From Candidatus Bathyarchaeota archaeon (GTDB taxonomy: Archaea > Thermoproteota > Bathyarchaeia > 40CM-2-53-6): a stretch of DNA of 64,000 bases. The translations under genes and the position numbers were made by a program. The stretch spans positions 96,001-160,000 of the forward strand of contig CAVPLU010000013.1 in the NCBI GenBank assembly GCA_963706285.1, in the 5' to 3' direction. Under the pieces are notes generated by a model, which saw only the letters and a list, made by a program, of their open reading frames with translations, had not been told where the DNA came from and did not search any database. Below are positions 1 through 10,579 of this stretch, in pieces (position 1 is the stretch's first letter; each line of letters starts with the position of its first letter).

Positions 1-109
1 CTCTTGTGCTCAGATATCTCTGGAGACTGATGTCTGCGACCTCGATGTCACTGAGGCTCCACTTGTTGAAAGCCTTGACCTCAGCGAGCCTCTTTGCTTC
101 CTTGCTCAT
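1..109 (-). CDS. rps7: 30S ribosomal protein S7, N-terminal part (runs off window)
   Basis: Hand translation MSKEAKRLAEVKAFNKWSLSDIEVADISLQRYLSTR resembles the archaeal uS7 N-terminus (F.KW....EV.D.SL..Y). Confidence 0.8.
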   Translation of the reverse strand, partial: MSKEAKRLAEVKAFNKWSLSDIEVADISLQRYLSTR

Positions 110-222
110 TCTAGACACTTCGCATCCTGTGAGTTCGCTTTCTTTTTCAAAGGTTCGCTGAACGTAGCTGCGAGCTTAATATAAGCTAAGCGTATCGCGG
201 CAACGATGCCTTCGAAAATTAA

Positions 223-548
223 GACGGTGGCGGCATCCCCAAGTGATGGACACAGTTTCCTTCCACGGTTTTTCAGATGCTTTCTATACCCTGTGATCCT
301 ATCAGCGCCAGCATGTCGACCTTACGACTGCCCTCTTCCGAGTCTCGCCGGGTTCGGCCGCAAAGAAGTCGACCCTTCCCTTCGGAAGAGCCTCTTCCTC
401 CACCGGCCCGGTAGGGCAGGATTTCATCGTTGGCAACTGAAGCCTATGAGAGGAACCAAATGCCTCTCCCTTGAGTTAACGGATCCCCGCGTAGAGCCGA
501 TTTCGGGTAACAAGGAACGGCTGACTCCTCGATCCCCCACCACCGCCG
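223..548 (-). ncRNA. ffs: Archaeal SRP (7S) RNA
   Basis: Terminal helix GGCGGTGGTGG/CCGCCACCGTC; Alu-like TTGTTACCCGAAATCGGCTCTACGCGGG; helix-8-like GAACCCGGCGAGACTCGGAAGAGGGCAG; about 325 nt; TTAAAG about 25 nt upstream. Confidence 0.88.
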
Positions 549-673
549 TTCAGAGCTGAGGACGGCTATCCTTTAACTCTTGTCTCACAGGGTCACAACT
601 GACAATCATCCACAGGAACTTTTGCCATCACGGAACAGTCTATCTGTCTTAGTTAGTCTGCAATGATAGTCTA

Positions 674-1613
674 TCAGCGGACCTCGGCAACCTCTGTTTT
701 GAGTGACCTCAGCATTTGACAAGCTTCACAGATGTCGTTAGGGGTAGGTTCACCGCAGACTCTGCATGATCGAAAATCACGTTGTCTCTCCGTTGCCTCG
801 GCTGTCTGCGAGAGCCTCTCGATGGATCGAGCGATTGTATATTTCATCCCTGGGTGTTTCAGTTCGAGTCTGTTCAGCATCACTCTGATGTCTCCTCTCA
901 ATGCATCATGTCCATGCGGGCATGGCATAGTCTGGAATCGAAGCCCAGACGAGTATGCGTACAACGTTGTCTCTCTTTCAGGCAGTTCAGCTAGAGGTTT
1001 GATTCTTGGAACGAATCCTGCAGGAGCATTAGTAGTGGAACGAGAGTTTTGGAGAATTCGTTCTACATCACCATGTAAGATGTTTATCAGGGCATGTCTG
1101 TGCTTCGTCGTCAAGATTGTGTGCCGTCGCCAGTTTCGTGGCTCCGAGTTTCATCGCGCCTTTATTGAGTGCCTTTCTTCTCAGGACCCCACAGTAGGAG
1201 CAGGGTTGCAGTTCATTCTGCTTTGCGGCCACATCATCCATTGTTACCCCGAATAGTTCCTTGAAGGAAATTACGATGTGCTCGATCTTGAGCTCGTCGC
1301 ATACTTGTTCTGAAATGGAAATTGCCTCACTTCTATAGTCGGTTATCCCTTCGTCCACGGTTAGTGCAATGATTCGAGCTGGCGGAAAACGACGTTCAAG
1401 CTTCTGAAGAATCCGCAGGAGCGTTACACTATCCTTTCCGCCTGAGAGCGCCACAGCAACTATGTCGTTGGGTTCAAGCATGTGTCTGCGCGTTATTGTT
1501 CGGCGTACCTTCGTCTCTACGCTGTCAACAAAGCATTTCCGGCAAAAACTGACTCCCTCATGCTCTCTACGGTAGTAGATTTGGCTCACACCACATCCGG
1601 AACATGTGGCCAA
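674..1613 (-). CDS. TtuA/Ncs6-family tRNA 2-thiolation protein (1-nt frameshift near 1095)
   Basis: PP-loop SGGKDS, CxxC motifs (PCSYC), TAHNLDDEAQT, C-terminal Zn finger; split over ORFs 1068..1613 and 674..1114. Confidence 0.88.
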
Positions 1614-1629
1614 TTGCAGTCGATCTCTC

Positions 1630-2802
1630 TCAGAGCTTTATGAATCCGAAACGCACTATGGACAAGAGGAAGTTTAGACCTAGAATCGCCAACGAAACAG
1701 AACTTGCAAACATCCGTATTTCCTTAGCTCGCCTAATACCTGAGGCTTTCAGGAGAGTCTCTAGGAATCGATCACCATCAAACATGAATAGCGGCATCAT
1801 ATTGACCACACCTACACTGACGAAAACTATTGACGTCCAGAACTCCACGCGAAGGAGATAATACGGCAAATTGTCAGGCAAGAATGCGAATCGACCAGTA
1901 TACGTAATGACATCTTGCAATGGGCTAATACCCATGATTGCGCGAGAGGAATTCTTCGGATCTGCCGTCGTCACCACGTGGAAACTTCCACGGGCTGTTA
2001 AGAGCACCACATCTGCACCAGGTGAAAGTCCGGACATTGCGTGTTGCAGATCGGCGCTGTCGTGCACTTGGATTCCGTTGACTCCTGTGATAATGTCGCC
2101 GGTGTGTATGCCCGCAATCTCAGCCGGATAGCCTGGCATGAGCCCCCCAACCTCGACGCCTGCATAGTTGGTTGCGTAGAATGGAGCTATTGTCACGGCA
2201 AAGTTGGCGAATAGAAGAAGCACGACCATTCCTAAAGCTGCGTTCGTGAAGGACCCGGCGGCGTAGACTCTGAGTTTCGTTTGATTGGATGCTTTCTCCA
2301 GTTTCTCTTCTTCGGGTTCAACGAATCCCCCGAAGAGGATGACTGCTATGAAAACTCCAGCCGATTTCAGAGGCACATTGTCGACACGTGCCGCAACTCC
2401 ATGCGCCAGCTCATGAGTGGCTAGCACTAGCGAGATTGCGAAGATCAAGTAAGGAAAGCTTTCCCAGCTTATCGTGAGTCCTGGAAGGGGAATCACTGGT
2501 TGGATGGATGTTGCTGCCTCAACGTGGAAGAACAGATTATACAAATTGAATCCAAGTTGGTATATGGCAAAAGCCATCAAACCGATTCCGACAACGACTC
2601 CTGTATTGCCAAGGATCCTCCACAGACTTCTCCTCTTTCCGGCAAGAGATCCTATCCATTCGTTAAGAGCTGTGGTTTTGTACATGAAATATAGAGGTGA
2701 GAGGACAAAACCGAAGCGTTCAGCTTTGAGAATTCTTCCCACGAGGTAGAGTCCCGCCCAGATCGCCACATAGTAGAGCAAAGCCGTGATCGTGGGATCC
2801 AT
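1630..2802 (-). CDS. Site-2 protease (M50) with PDZ domain
   Basis: HELAH zinc motif, NMMPLFMFDGD motif, PDZ-like segment, TM helices. Confidence 0.9.
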   Translation of the reverse strand: MDPTITALLYYVAIWAGLYLVGRILKAERFGFVLSPLYFMYKTTALNEWIGSLAGKRRSLWRILGNTGVVVGIGLMAFAIYQLGFNLYNLFFHVEAATSIQPVIPLPGLTISWESFPYLIFAISLVLATHELAHGVAARVDNVPLKSAGVFIAVILFGGFVEPEEEKLEKASNQTKLRVYAAGSFTNAALGMVVLLLFANFAVTIAPFYATNYAGVEVGGLMPGYPAEIAGIHTGDIITGVNGIQVHDSADLQHAMSGLSPGADVVLLTARGSFHVVTTADPKNSSRAIMGISPLQDVITYTGRFAFLPDNLPYYLLRVEFWTSIVFVSVGVVNMMPLFMFDGDRFLETLLKASGIRRAKEIRMFASSVSLAILGLNFLLSIVRFGFIKL

Positions 2803-2893
2803 GGTTATTCCTCCGGGCGTTGAGAAGTTGCGGCGTCTACAGCAGGATGCTTGACTAAAAGCATAGCTCCGTTGCAGGCAATCGAAAACTATC

Positions 2894-3970
2894 TCACTCT
2901 TGATGAAGCCGGTATCTCAGTAGAGCTGCAACACCGCCGAGTGAACGTAGCATCTTTCCAGATTCTTGTTCGCTGCTCACCAACGCAACCTTGCCTCCGC
3001 GTTCTTCTACGATTCTCATTGTTCCTTCAATTTTCAATCTTTCCTCATCCTCAGCTTCTCTGACTATTTGGTCAGACACTATCATTGTGTCCACGGCGCC
3101 CGCTTCACCGTCGGCTTGAACTCGATCAAGCCCATAGGAAACATCTCCACTTGAAGCCCCGAGTCTCCTCAACGCCTCGTTGACAAGTTCTATCTCTTGA
3201 GTGGCACGTGCGTCTCTTTTGATTTTGCTGGCAGCTCCAACTCTAATTGCTTCGTGCACACCGGCAACACCGCCGCTTCCAACACTCTTGACGGCAATCT
3301 TTCGTTCCCCAAGATACTTCGCTTCCGATCTAAGTTCTGTCACGAAATGATCTTTTGTGAAACCTGGCCCAACGATCAGGATCGGCCCGGGCAGTTCAGC
3401 GCAAATGGTCTCCAGCAAGCTCTCGATTCTGCGGAAGTAGTCTTTCATCGCGACTTGGCGTTTCTCGGCCTCATTCTTTCCGGGGAGGCGTGATCGTACC
3501 TCGCCCTTGAAGTCCAAGCCAAAAGACCGAAGTATCGCAACTGACGCCTCTTCGGAGTCAAGTGCCAGAATGATTATTGGCTCCTCAGCGATAACAGCCT
3601 TATCCACTCTTTCGACTTGATGGCTGAGCCATTTGTCCTTCAAAATTGTGACAATGTCCTCGGGTCCTACGCTCAGGGTGTGATGGGACCCCGTCACCCT
3701 AACCTCCTCAGGAGCTTCGAAGACTATTCCGTGAATTCTGAGCCTATCAAGATCGCGATCGAAGTACACCTTCTGCACTGTAACCCCGAGCGTAATCGTG
3801 ACTCTTCTGCTGAATGGTCTAGCACTCTCTGTGGACTTCACCTCACGTGTGGTCTTTCCAAGAACCCGATCATTCTTTTGGATGACGTTGTACAGCGCCC
3901 AAAGGTCGTCTATATTGCGAAGCTCCAGCTTCATGATGCCATGCTTGACATCTTTCAGGAGTATTTTCAA
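2894..3970 (-). CDS. pelA: mRNA surveillance protein pelota
   Basis: DDLWALYNVI, GSHHTL, GPGF, LGGVAALLRY; probable TTG start at 3970. Confidence 0.93.
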   Translation of the reverse strand: MKILLKDVKHGIMKLELRNIDDLWALYNVIQKNDRVLGKTTREVKSTESARPFSRRVTITLGVTVQKVYFDRDLDRLRIHGIVFEAPEEVRVTGSHHTLSVGPEDIVTILKDKWLSHQVERVDKAVIAEEPIIILALDSEEASVAILRSFGLDFKGEVRSRLPGKNEAEKRQVAMKDYFRRIESLLETICAELPGPILIVGPGFTKDHFVTELRSEAKYLGERKIAVKSVGSGGVAGVHEAIRVGAASKIKRDARATQEIELVNEALRRLGASSGDVSYGLDRVQADGEAGAVDTMIVSDQIVREAEDEERLKIEGTMRIVEERGGKVALVSSEQESGKMLRSLGGVAALLRYRLHQE

Positions 3971-4215
3971 GGGCTGACGCCTGGGGATGGAGAACCACTT
4001 GCTAGTGACCTTTTTATACGATTGAATAATGGACAGCTTGACTGAACGGGACAACAAACTCGTACCTCACGTAACGACTCAGAGTAAGCCAGTAGTCGCC
4101 ATATTACACTTGCCAGAAAGAATGGAAAAAGCTAGCCTTTGCGTTTCTAACACACCAGAGCTATGTTGAACCTTCTGTTCAGAGCCCACCCCCGGTGCTT
4201 TGTATCCTCACCTGT

Positions 4216-4431
4216 TCAAACGTGCGCGAGAAATTCGTCTCTTGACACGTTGCAGTCTTTCAGTATCCTATTCAATAGGCCGACACGTATTTCCTTCATT
4301 GGAACCGTGACGAAAGTTTCGTTCCGCTGCAACGTCACGTGGCTGCCTTTCTGCCTAACCTTGATGAAACCGAACTTGTTGCAGAGAATCCTAATCAGTT
4401 CCCTACCGTTTACCGGCCGTAGACGAGTCAA
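4216..4431 (-). CDS. hicA: HicA-family toxin
   Basis: GF..VRQKGSHV motif, 71 aa. Confidence 0.88.
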   Translation of the reverse strand: MTRLRPVNGRELIRILCNKFGFIKVRQKGSHVTLQRNETFVTVPMKEIRVGLLNRILKDCNVSRDEFLAHV

Positions 4432-4448
4432 TGACTCGCCCCGATGGA

Positions 4449-4649
4449 TCAGCGGGCTACGACCGTCGCAAGCTCTCTTCTTGCCTTCTCCCGCAGAACG
4501 GACAGGTGCAGATCGAGAGCATCCTGGAAATTCCGTTTAGCTTCCTTGAGGGTCTTGCCGACCGAGTAGACGCCGAGAGCTGAACACGCGACAGCGTACG
4601 ACCCATCATCCTCTCGTATTACCTCAGTCCTGACGTCTCTCAGTTTCAA
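4449..4649 (-). CDS. hicB: HicB-family antitoxin (short, no obvious DNA-binding domain)
   Basis: EDDGSYAVAC..LGVYSVGKTLKEAKRNFQDAL; directly upstream of hicA; TTG start inferred. Confidence 0.82.
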   Translation of the reverse strand: MKLRDVRTEVIREDDGSYAVACSALGVYSVGKTLKEAKRNFQDALDLHLSVLREKARRELATVVAR

Positions 4650-4735
4650 TGCCAACCCACAGACCCCTAACGCGATGAATTGATGAAAGCCGCCTATAAG
4701 TAATTCAATGCGTCGGAGGAGCGCTTGAACCTTGA

Positions 4736-4762
4736 GTTCAGCGTCCACCCCCAACGCTGAAC
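4736..4762. repeat. Perfect 9-bp inverted repeat upstream of hicBA
   Basis: GTTCAGCGT-N9-ACGCTGAAC. Confidence 0.6.
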
Positions 4763-5103
4763 CCTCTTGGTCGCGTAACGTGGATCATTACCATTCATAG
4801 TCAACCAGAGAATAGAAGCAAGCCCCAAGCGAACCTACCCTGAGAACCCCCAAAGAGGGCAAAAAGCCCACAGAAACGGTAAATACATATACGATTGTCC
4901 GTTACGTTGCGATCGACCCTTCGATGAATCCTGATGAAGAGGACAAGATCGTTGAGGCAATGGAGCAACTGCGAATAAACTATAACCTGCGTCAATGGCG
5001 GGTTTGCTCGCTAATCTGCGAGTCACTTGCTGAGAAGTTCAAGTCGGTATCAGAGCAGAACGCCAAGTCACCAAAATAGTATGACTTTGCTCGCGATGGT
5101 CAA

Positions 5104-5379
5104 CTACAGGGCTTTCAGCGCCTCGTTGAAGTTCATGAGCGCCTTGGTCTTCTGACTATCTTGATTGAGTGCAAGTATTTTCATTCCGCCTTCGTATCGA
5201 TCGAAGAGAACTACTCCGTGCCGAACCAACGGTTCAATGATTCTTGCAACGGTTGAGGGCGAGACTTCCAAGAAGCCCGCCAGTGTGCTTTGGTTGAAAA
5301 CTTTCCCCGGGTTATCAAGCAAATGTTCAACTAGCCTCACTTGTGCTCGCGACTGGAAGATGTCAGTCAGCCTCGTCAT
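5104..5379 (-). CDS. Winged-helix HTH protein
   Basis: NQSTLAGFLEVSPSTVARIIEPL HTH pattern; overlaps pyrH stop. Confidence 0.75.
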   Translation of the reverse strand: MTRLTDIFQSRAQVRLVEHLLDNPGKVFNQSTLAGFLEVSPSTVARIIEPLVRHGVVLFDRYEGGMKILALNQDSQKTKALMNFNEALKAL

Positions 5380-6068
5380 CGTGATCGTCTCTCGGATGAG
5401 ACAATTCTAGTTCCGACGCGTTTACGATGTAAAGCCTTCTCGATATTCGATGAATCAGTTCCGTCAACAATGACTGTGTGAATGTTAGATCTTTTGATGA
5501 TGCGAAGCGCAAGTGGATCCATAAGATCATACTCTCCAGCCTTGAATCCCTCCGTCGAAAGTATCTTCATCAATTGATCAGGAGTCACTTCGTCGAGCTT
5601 CCTTGCATTCGGATCTTTGCGCGGATCAGCAGTGTAGACGCCATCCACTTTGGTAGCGTTTACTAAGAGATCTGCATGCATGGCTTCCGCAGCCAGCGCG
5701 GCAACCGCGTTCGTGGATTGACCAGGCTGGAGTCCTCCCATCACAACCGTCAATTCCGAGCTGAGTGATTCGACCAAGTCATCGGGAGATTCAGGTATCT
5801 TTTGAACAGCGGACTCCCTGAGCACAGTTGCGAATAGCCTAGCATTCAAGCGTGAAACGTGAATGCCGATCTGATCGCAGAAGAACTCTGAGGCGCCTAG
5901 ATCCCTGGCAGCAGTAATGTACTTACGCGCAATCGAACCCCCGCCTGTCACGATGACCAGTCGGTTGCTCTTTGAGAAGTCTCTCACTATTCTTGCATAT
6001 CTATCGATATTCTTCCCGGACAAGTCCGAATCAAACGCAAAGCCTCCGAGCTTTAGGACGGCCTTCAA
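5376..6068 (-). CDS. pyrH: UMP kinase
   Basis: VLKLGG, TGGG, PGQSTNAVAA, VDGVYTADP. Confidence 0.95.
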   Translation of the reverse strand: MKAVLKLGGFAFDSDLSGKNIDRYARIVRDFSKSNRLVIVTGGGSIARKYITAARDLGASEFFCDQIGIHVSRLNARLFATVLRESAVQKIPESPDDLVESLSSELTVVMGGLQPGQSTNAVAALAAEAMHADLLVNATKVDGVYTADPRKDPNARKLDEVTPDQLMKILSTEGFKAGEYDLMDPLALRIIKRSNIHTVIVDGTDSSNIEKALHRKRVGTRIVSSERRSR

Positions 6069-6231
6069 TATTCCTCAATCTCTCGCGGTTCTGTTTGACG
6101 ATGTATGTATGAGTTGCGCATCTGACGGATGAGAGTGTCGCCCTTCGTTGTTTGTTATGTTGCGGTCTGTGTTTCGCGCCATTTATAAGAACCAGATCTT
6201 CGAACGCATCAGCCAATGGGAGTAGAAGTTA

Positions 6232-7488
6232 GTGTCGTCAGCCGACTCGGTCTCACGCTTCAAACTCAAGCGGACTTTGGAGACTCTGGCCTCCAAGGAG
6301 GGAAGAGGCACCGAATTGATCAGCCTCTACGTTCCTCCCGATAGGCAAGTACATGAGGTTATGACGAATCTCCGGGAAGAATACGGGACGGCATCTAACA
6401 TCAAGTCTCGAGTGACTCGAAAGAACGTCCAAGAGGCAATTGACAAGGTACAGCAGAAGCTCAAGCTCTTCAAGACTCCCCCGCCGAAAGGCTTGGTCAT
6501 ATTCTGTGGGGCAATCCCATACGGAGCGCCCGGAAACGAGAAGATGGAGATCTATACTCTTGAACCACCGGAGAAGATCAACGTATACTTCTACCGTTGT
6601 GACAGTCACTTCCATCTGGAACCCCTCTTCGACATGATGCGCGAGAAGGAAACGTACGGCGTACTCGTCATCGACGTCAGTGAAGCGATCTTGGCCATCT
6701 TGCGAGGTCAGCGGATGACCGTGCTGAAGGAGTTCACGTCTGGAGTTGCTGGAAAGCATCGTGCAGGAGGCCAATCAGCAAGAAGATTCGAGAGGATCAG
6801 AGAGGCCCAAATCAACGACTATTTCAAGAGAGTTGCGCGTCACACCAATGAAATGCTCGAACCAATTCCGGATCTGCACGGAATCATTCTGGGTGGGCCG
6901 GGTCCGACAAAGTACGACTTTGAACAAGGGGACTATCTCAACTACATGCTCAGACAGAAGATTATCGCAACTATTGACACATCATATGTTTCCGAAAGAG
7001 GCGTTGAGGAGATCCTGGAGAGAAGCCAAGATCTCCTCAAGGGCGTCCGCTACATGGAGGAAAAGAAGGTCGTGCAGAAGTTTCTCTATGAACTCGGCCA
7101 TGAGACTGGCCTCGGATCTTACGGGGAGACGCAAGTGAGGAGACACCTTAACGCTGGATTGGTGGATACTCTGCTGCTCTCAGAGAAGTTGGATAGACTC
7201 CATGTTCTCACGAAATGCAAGACATGCGGAGACATCGAGGATTCACTGCTTGCTCGCTCAGGCCTCACCAAATTTGAACAGGAACTGCTTTCCAGACAAT
7301 GCAGAAAGTGCAACAATCCGACCCTAGCGATCGAGAGTAATCAGAATTTGCTAGACGAGTTCGTTGAGATTGCTGAGAAGAGCTCCGTGAATCTGCAAGT
7401 GATCTCAACTGAGACGGAGGAGGGAATCATGCTGCTTGATTCATTCGGCGGCATAGCCGCAATACTCAGATACAGACCGTCGAGTTAG
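6232..7488 (+). CDS. prf1: Peptide chain release factor aRF1
   Basis: GTELISLY, TASNIKS, YRCD, GGQS motifs. Confidence 0.97.
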   Translation: MSSADSVSRFKLKRTLETLASKEGRGTELISLYVPPDRQVHEVMTNLREEYGTASNIKSRVTRKNVQEAIDKVQQKLKLFKTPPPKGLVIFCGAIPYGAPGNEKMEIYTLEPPEKINVYFYRCDSHFHLEPLFDMMREKETYGVLVIDVSEAILAILRGQRMTVLKEFTSGVAGKHRAGGQSARRFERIREAQINDYFKRVARHTNEMLEPIPDLHGIILGGPGPTKYDFEQGDYLNYMLRQKIIATIDTSYVSERGVEEILERSQDLLKGVRYMEEKKVVQKFLYELGHETGLGSYGETQVRRHLNAGLVDTLLLSEKLDRLHVLTKCKTCGDIEDSLLARSGLTKFEQELLSRQCRKCNNPTLAIESNQNLLDEFVEIAEKSSVNLQVISTETEEGIMLLDSFGGIAAILRYRPSS

Positions 7489-7700
7489 CTGGAAGTCAAA
7501 GAAGAAACAGCAATTCTGGCTCCCATGCGTTTCAGGCATATCGAACTCGGTTGAACTTTCTCGCGAGTGCAATTGTCCTCTTCTTTGCCTGGAATCCTAC
7601 GAACGGCAGCGCTCGTCACATTCTCTGAGGCTATGAGGTTCAGATACTGAACTTAGGTTGGCTGACAAGAGCCGCGCCAGCTGTTCAGTCTTGAGTGAGT

Positions 7701-8756
7701 CTAGATCCGCTTGTAGATCGTTCTCTCATCCGCGCCGTGCCCGAGTTCGGTTTCAATCTGTCTTAGCAGCAGAATACGTTTGTAGGTAGGTGGATGCGTG
7801 GAGAAAGCTTCGTTAATTCCCGACCAAGTCGATTTTGCCTCCCTCTCCATCGCAAGCTGAAGCTCTCTCTCGCTGAGTACGCCGTCGTGGTCCAAGTCAT
7901 ACTGAGTCTTTCGTTCCAAAATGCCCTGGACTTCGCTCCTGGCCAGGGAAGGATCAGAAATGTACAGTGCACGCACACCCTGCGGATCCTCTGGCCGCAT
8001 GGAAAGTCCGTAGGCGATCTTCGTCAGAGCGCTCTCAAGGCTTCTCGGGGAACCGGTCAAGTACCCAGAGTAAACATCAGCAAAGTGTTCTCTGAGCCGG
8101 CTTAGCCTCAGAACGAGAAGCTGAGCCACAAAATACACAACCATTGCAGCAATGCCAGCCAAAGCAATGTATCCGGCGTTCCTGTTCCTGTCACGCGAAC
8201 CGGTACCCAGGTACAGGGTACTCCTCGCAACCATGTATGCGAGCAACGGAATCGCGGAGAGAACCGTCATTACGATCGAGTCACGGTGTTTCACATGTCC
8301 CAGCTCATGAGCGAGTACACCCTTGACCTCATCCTCGTTTAGCTGCCTCAATAGGCCCTCATGTACCGCGAGTGTCATCTTTGATGATGAATTGCCAAAC
8401 ACGAAAGCGTTAGGAGTTGGGTTTGTGACTATTGCCAATCTAGGCACTGCCACTCCACTGGCACCGGCAAGTTCCTTGACAGTGTTCTCAAGCCAGGGAT
8501 ACTGTCCAGGCTGCAGATACTGGAGCCTGGTAGACCACGCTACAATGGATGGGCTGATCAAGAATTGTATGCCCAGAAAAATCAGCGCCAACACGAACGA
8601 TCCTACGAGAGTGCCAAATGGAGATAGATTGAGACCCGCTGCCGCACTGTACAGCAAAGAGACCGCTCCGACAAATCCCACAAATATCACCAGCGTGAGG
8701 ACAATAGTGACAAACATGCTTGTCCGAAGCTGAGATAGGCTTGCCATCTCTATCAC
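7701..8756 (-). CDS. htpX: HtpX-like M48 zinc metalloprotease
   Basis: PNAF, HELGH, SRLREHFAD, STHPP. Confidence 0.9.
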   Translation of the reverse strand: MIEMASLSQLRTSMFVTIVLTLVIFVGFVGAVSLLYSAAAGLNLSPFGTLVGSFVLALIFLGIQFLISPSIVAWSTRLQYLQPGQYPWLENTVKELAGASGVAVPRLAIVTNPTPNAFVFGNSSSKMTLAVHEGLLRQLNEDEVKGVLAHELGHVKHRDSIVMTVLSAIPLLAYMVARSTLYLGTGSRDRNRNAGYIALAGIAAMVVYFVAQLLVLRLSRLREHFADVYSGYLTGSPRSLESALTKIAYGLSMRPEDPQGVRALYISDPSLARSEVQGILERKTQYDLDHDGVLSERELQLAMEREAKSTWSGINEAFSTHPPTYKRILLLRQIETELGHGADERTIYKRI

Positions 8757-9273
8757 GCGGTGGTCACAGGGTAAACTGAAAGCGGGTAAAAACCTAGCGC
8801 TCGGCTAGCCGGCTATTTGATGAAGAGACACATTCACGCAGTCATCATGCACCTATTCCAGATAGCTTTTACATCATGCTTTTTCGTTTCGCTCGCAGCT
8901 TTCTTGATGCTAATCCCTTCCTGCATCCACACGACATTTGCAGCTCTTCTCTCGCGTCTCTGACGACCGACCAGACATCTGGAGAAGGTTAGAAGAATCC
9001 CACTATGTCGACTTTCAAGTCAATCGTCAATAGCTGGAGGAGATTTTCACTTTCGAGACCTCGGCTATGACCGGATTCACAGGAATCAAACTGAATCCGT
9101 GATTCAATGGACACTCAGGTATTGTGAGCTGGTTTCCAGGGAATTTCTCGATACAACAGCGACTACAGCGTTTCTCAGCTTCAGAAGCTAGTTGATGTCG
9201 CATTTTGCGAGATTACTCATTACGACACTTGGAGAGGAAAGAATCCAACAATCGCTGCCGTCAGGATTGAGAT

Positions 9274-9672
9274 CTAGACACGTCTTCCTCTGCGTCCACC
9301 AGGTCGGCGCGTTCCGTCGTGTGGAACAGGTGTGACATCTTCGATCCGACCGATTCTGAAGCCTGCTCTCGCTAACATTCGAATTGCAGCTTGCGCACCT
9401 GGGCCGGGTGTTCGCGCTCCGTGTCCGCCTGGCGCACGTACTCGAATATGTAGGGCAGTAATACCTCTGTCCTTCGCTGTTCTGGCAGCGGCACCAGCGG
9501 ATTGCATCGCGGCATAGGGTGAACCTTGAAGCCTGTCCGCCTTGACGTGTTGTCCACCGGAGCTTCTGGAGACCGTTTCCGCACCAGCGAGATCGGTGAT
9601 GTGTACTAGCGTATTGTTGAACGAGGAGTAGATGTTCGCGATTCCCCAACGTTCAACACGTTTCTCTGAGAT
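9274..9672 (-). CDS. rps11: 30S ribosomal protein S11 (apparent ATC start)
   Basis: Open frame (I)[20 protein letters not shown]...[21 protein letters not shown]; GGAGG 8 nt before ATC. Confidence 0.95.
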   Translation of the reverse strand: MSEKRVERWGIANIYSSFNNTLVHITDLAGAETVSRSSGGQHVKADRLQGSPYAAMQSAGAAARTAKDRGITALHIRVRAPGGHGARTPGPGAQAAIRMLARAGFRIGRIEDVTPVPHDGTRRPGGRRGRRV

Positions 9673-9874
9673 GTCTGCTTCCTCCTTCTGTGATGACGAG
9701 TCGTAGCGTACGACCCTACACCGTTTATTATAGGTTTGTCTGAGCCTGCAGACTACGCTAGACCTTCCGGATTAACGTAATTCGCTTAACCTGCACATGC
9801 GCTTCTGCATGGCGCCGATCGTCATGCGCGATCCGGGAAGACGAAAGCACTATTTCTCGCCAAGGACGAAACGA

Positions 9875-10360
9875 ATGGTCATGGCGGCACGCACTCGCTT
9901 GTCTTGTTTAGTTCGACTCGTAGAAGCATCAGACATACCGGGGATCTATGCGGTTGAAAGAGCTTGCTTCCCCGACCCCTATCCTTCGGTTTTCCTGGAT
10001 GACCTGATGAAATCCTATCAGGCACAGTTCTTTGTTGCTGTGGATAATGGCGAGATTATTGGATATGCCGTGGCTTCCATAGGCGACAGATATGGGCATG
10101 TCATCTCGCTTGCGGTTAGTCCGCGCTATCGTCGAAGACGTGTGGGCACGGCCCTGATGTCGGCTCTCGAAGCAAAACTGACTCAAGAAGGGGCTGAAGA
10201 GATTCATCTTGAGGTACGAAAGGGAAACGGCGGAGCTATCTCATTCTATGAGCGCTGGGGATACCAACCAGTATCGGAAATTCGACGTTACTACCCTGAC
10301 GGCGAGGACGCTTTGGTTTTTGAGCGATCCATCGAGTCATCTGCATACCGCGATCCTTAG
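9875..10360 (+). CDS. rimI: RimI/Ard1-like N-acetyltransferase
   Basis: HVISLAV, RRRRVGTALM, LEVR..N..AISFY, YYPDGEDA. Confidence 0.88.
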   Translation: MVMAARTRLSCLVRLVEASDIPGIYAVERACFPDPYPSVFLDDLMKSYQAQFFVAVDNGEIIGYAVASIGDRYGHVISLAVSPRYRRRRVGTALMSALEAKLTQEGAEEIHLEVRKGNGGAISFYERWGYQPVSEIRRYYPDGEDALVFERSIESSAYRDP

Positions 10361-10579
10361 AGGTGAACCATCTTTAAGATCCTCAGATTCTTCCTGCTAG
10401 ACCAAGAAAGACAAGATACTGTACGGGAAGGCTCAACCGTATTTTGAAGTAACCTCTGATCAAGTCGAACAGAACACTGGATTTCTAATCAAGTCGTGCC
10501 TGCAGCGACTAGAACACTAGGCGTCTTCGGCATTGGACAGGAGGAGTTACTACTTCGAGGGCAAACCTCGCTGCTGTAG

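Noticed and set aside
206-559. 117-aa + strand ORF
   Set aside because: Antisense to the SRP RNA; no protein features.
9027-9203. About 58-aa Cys-rich minus-strand ORF downstream of rps11
   Set aside because: No recognisable family or ribosome-binding site; cannot be supported.
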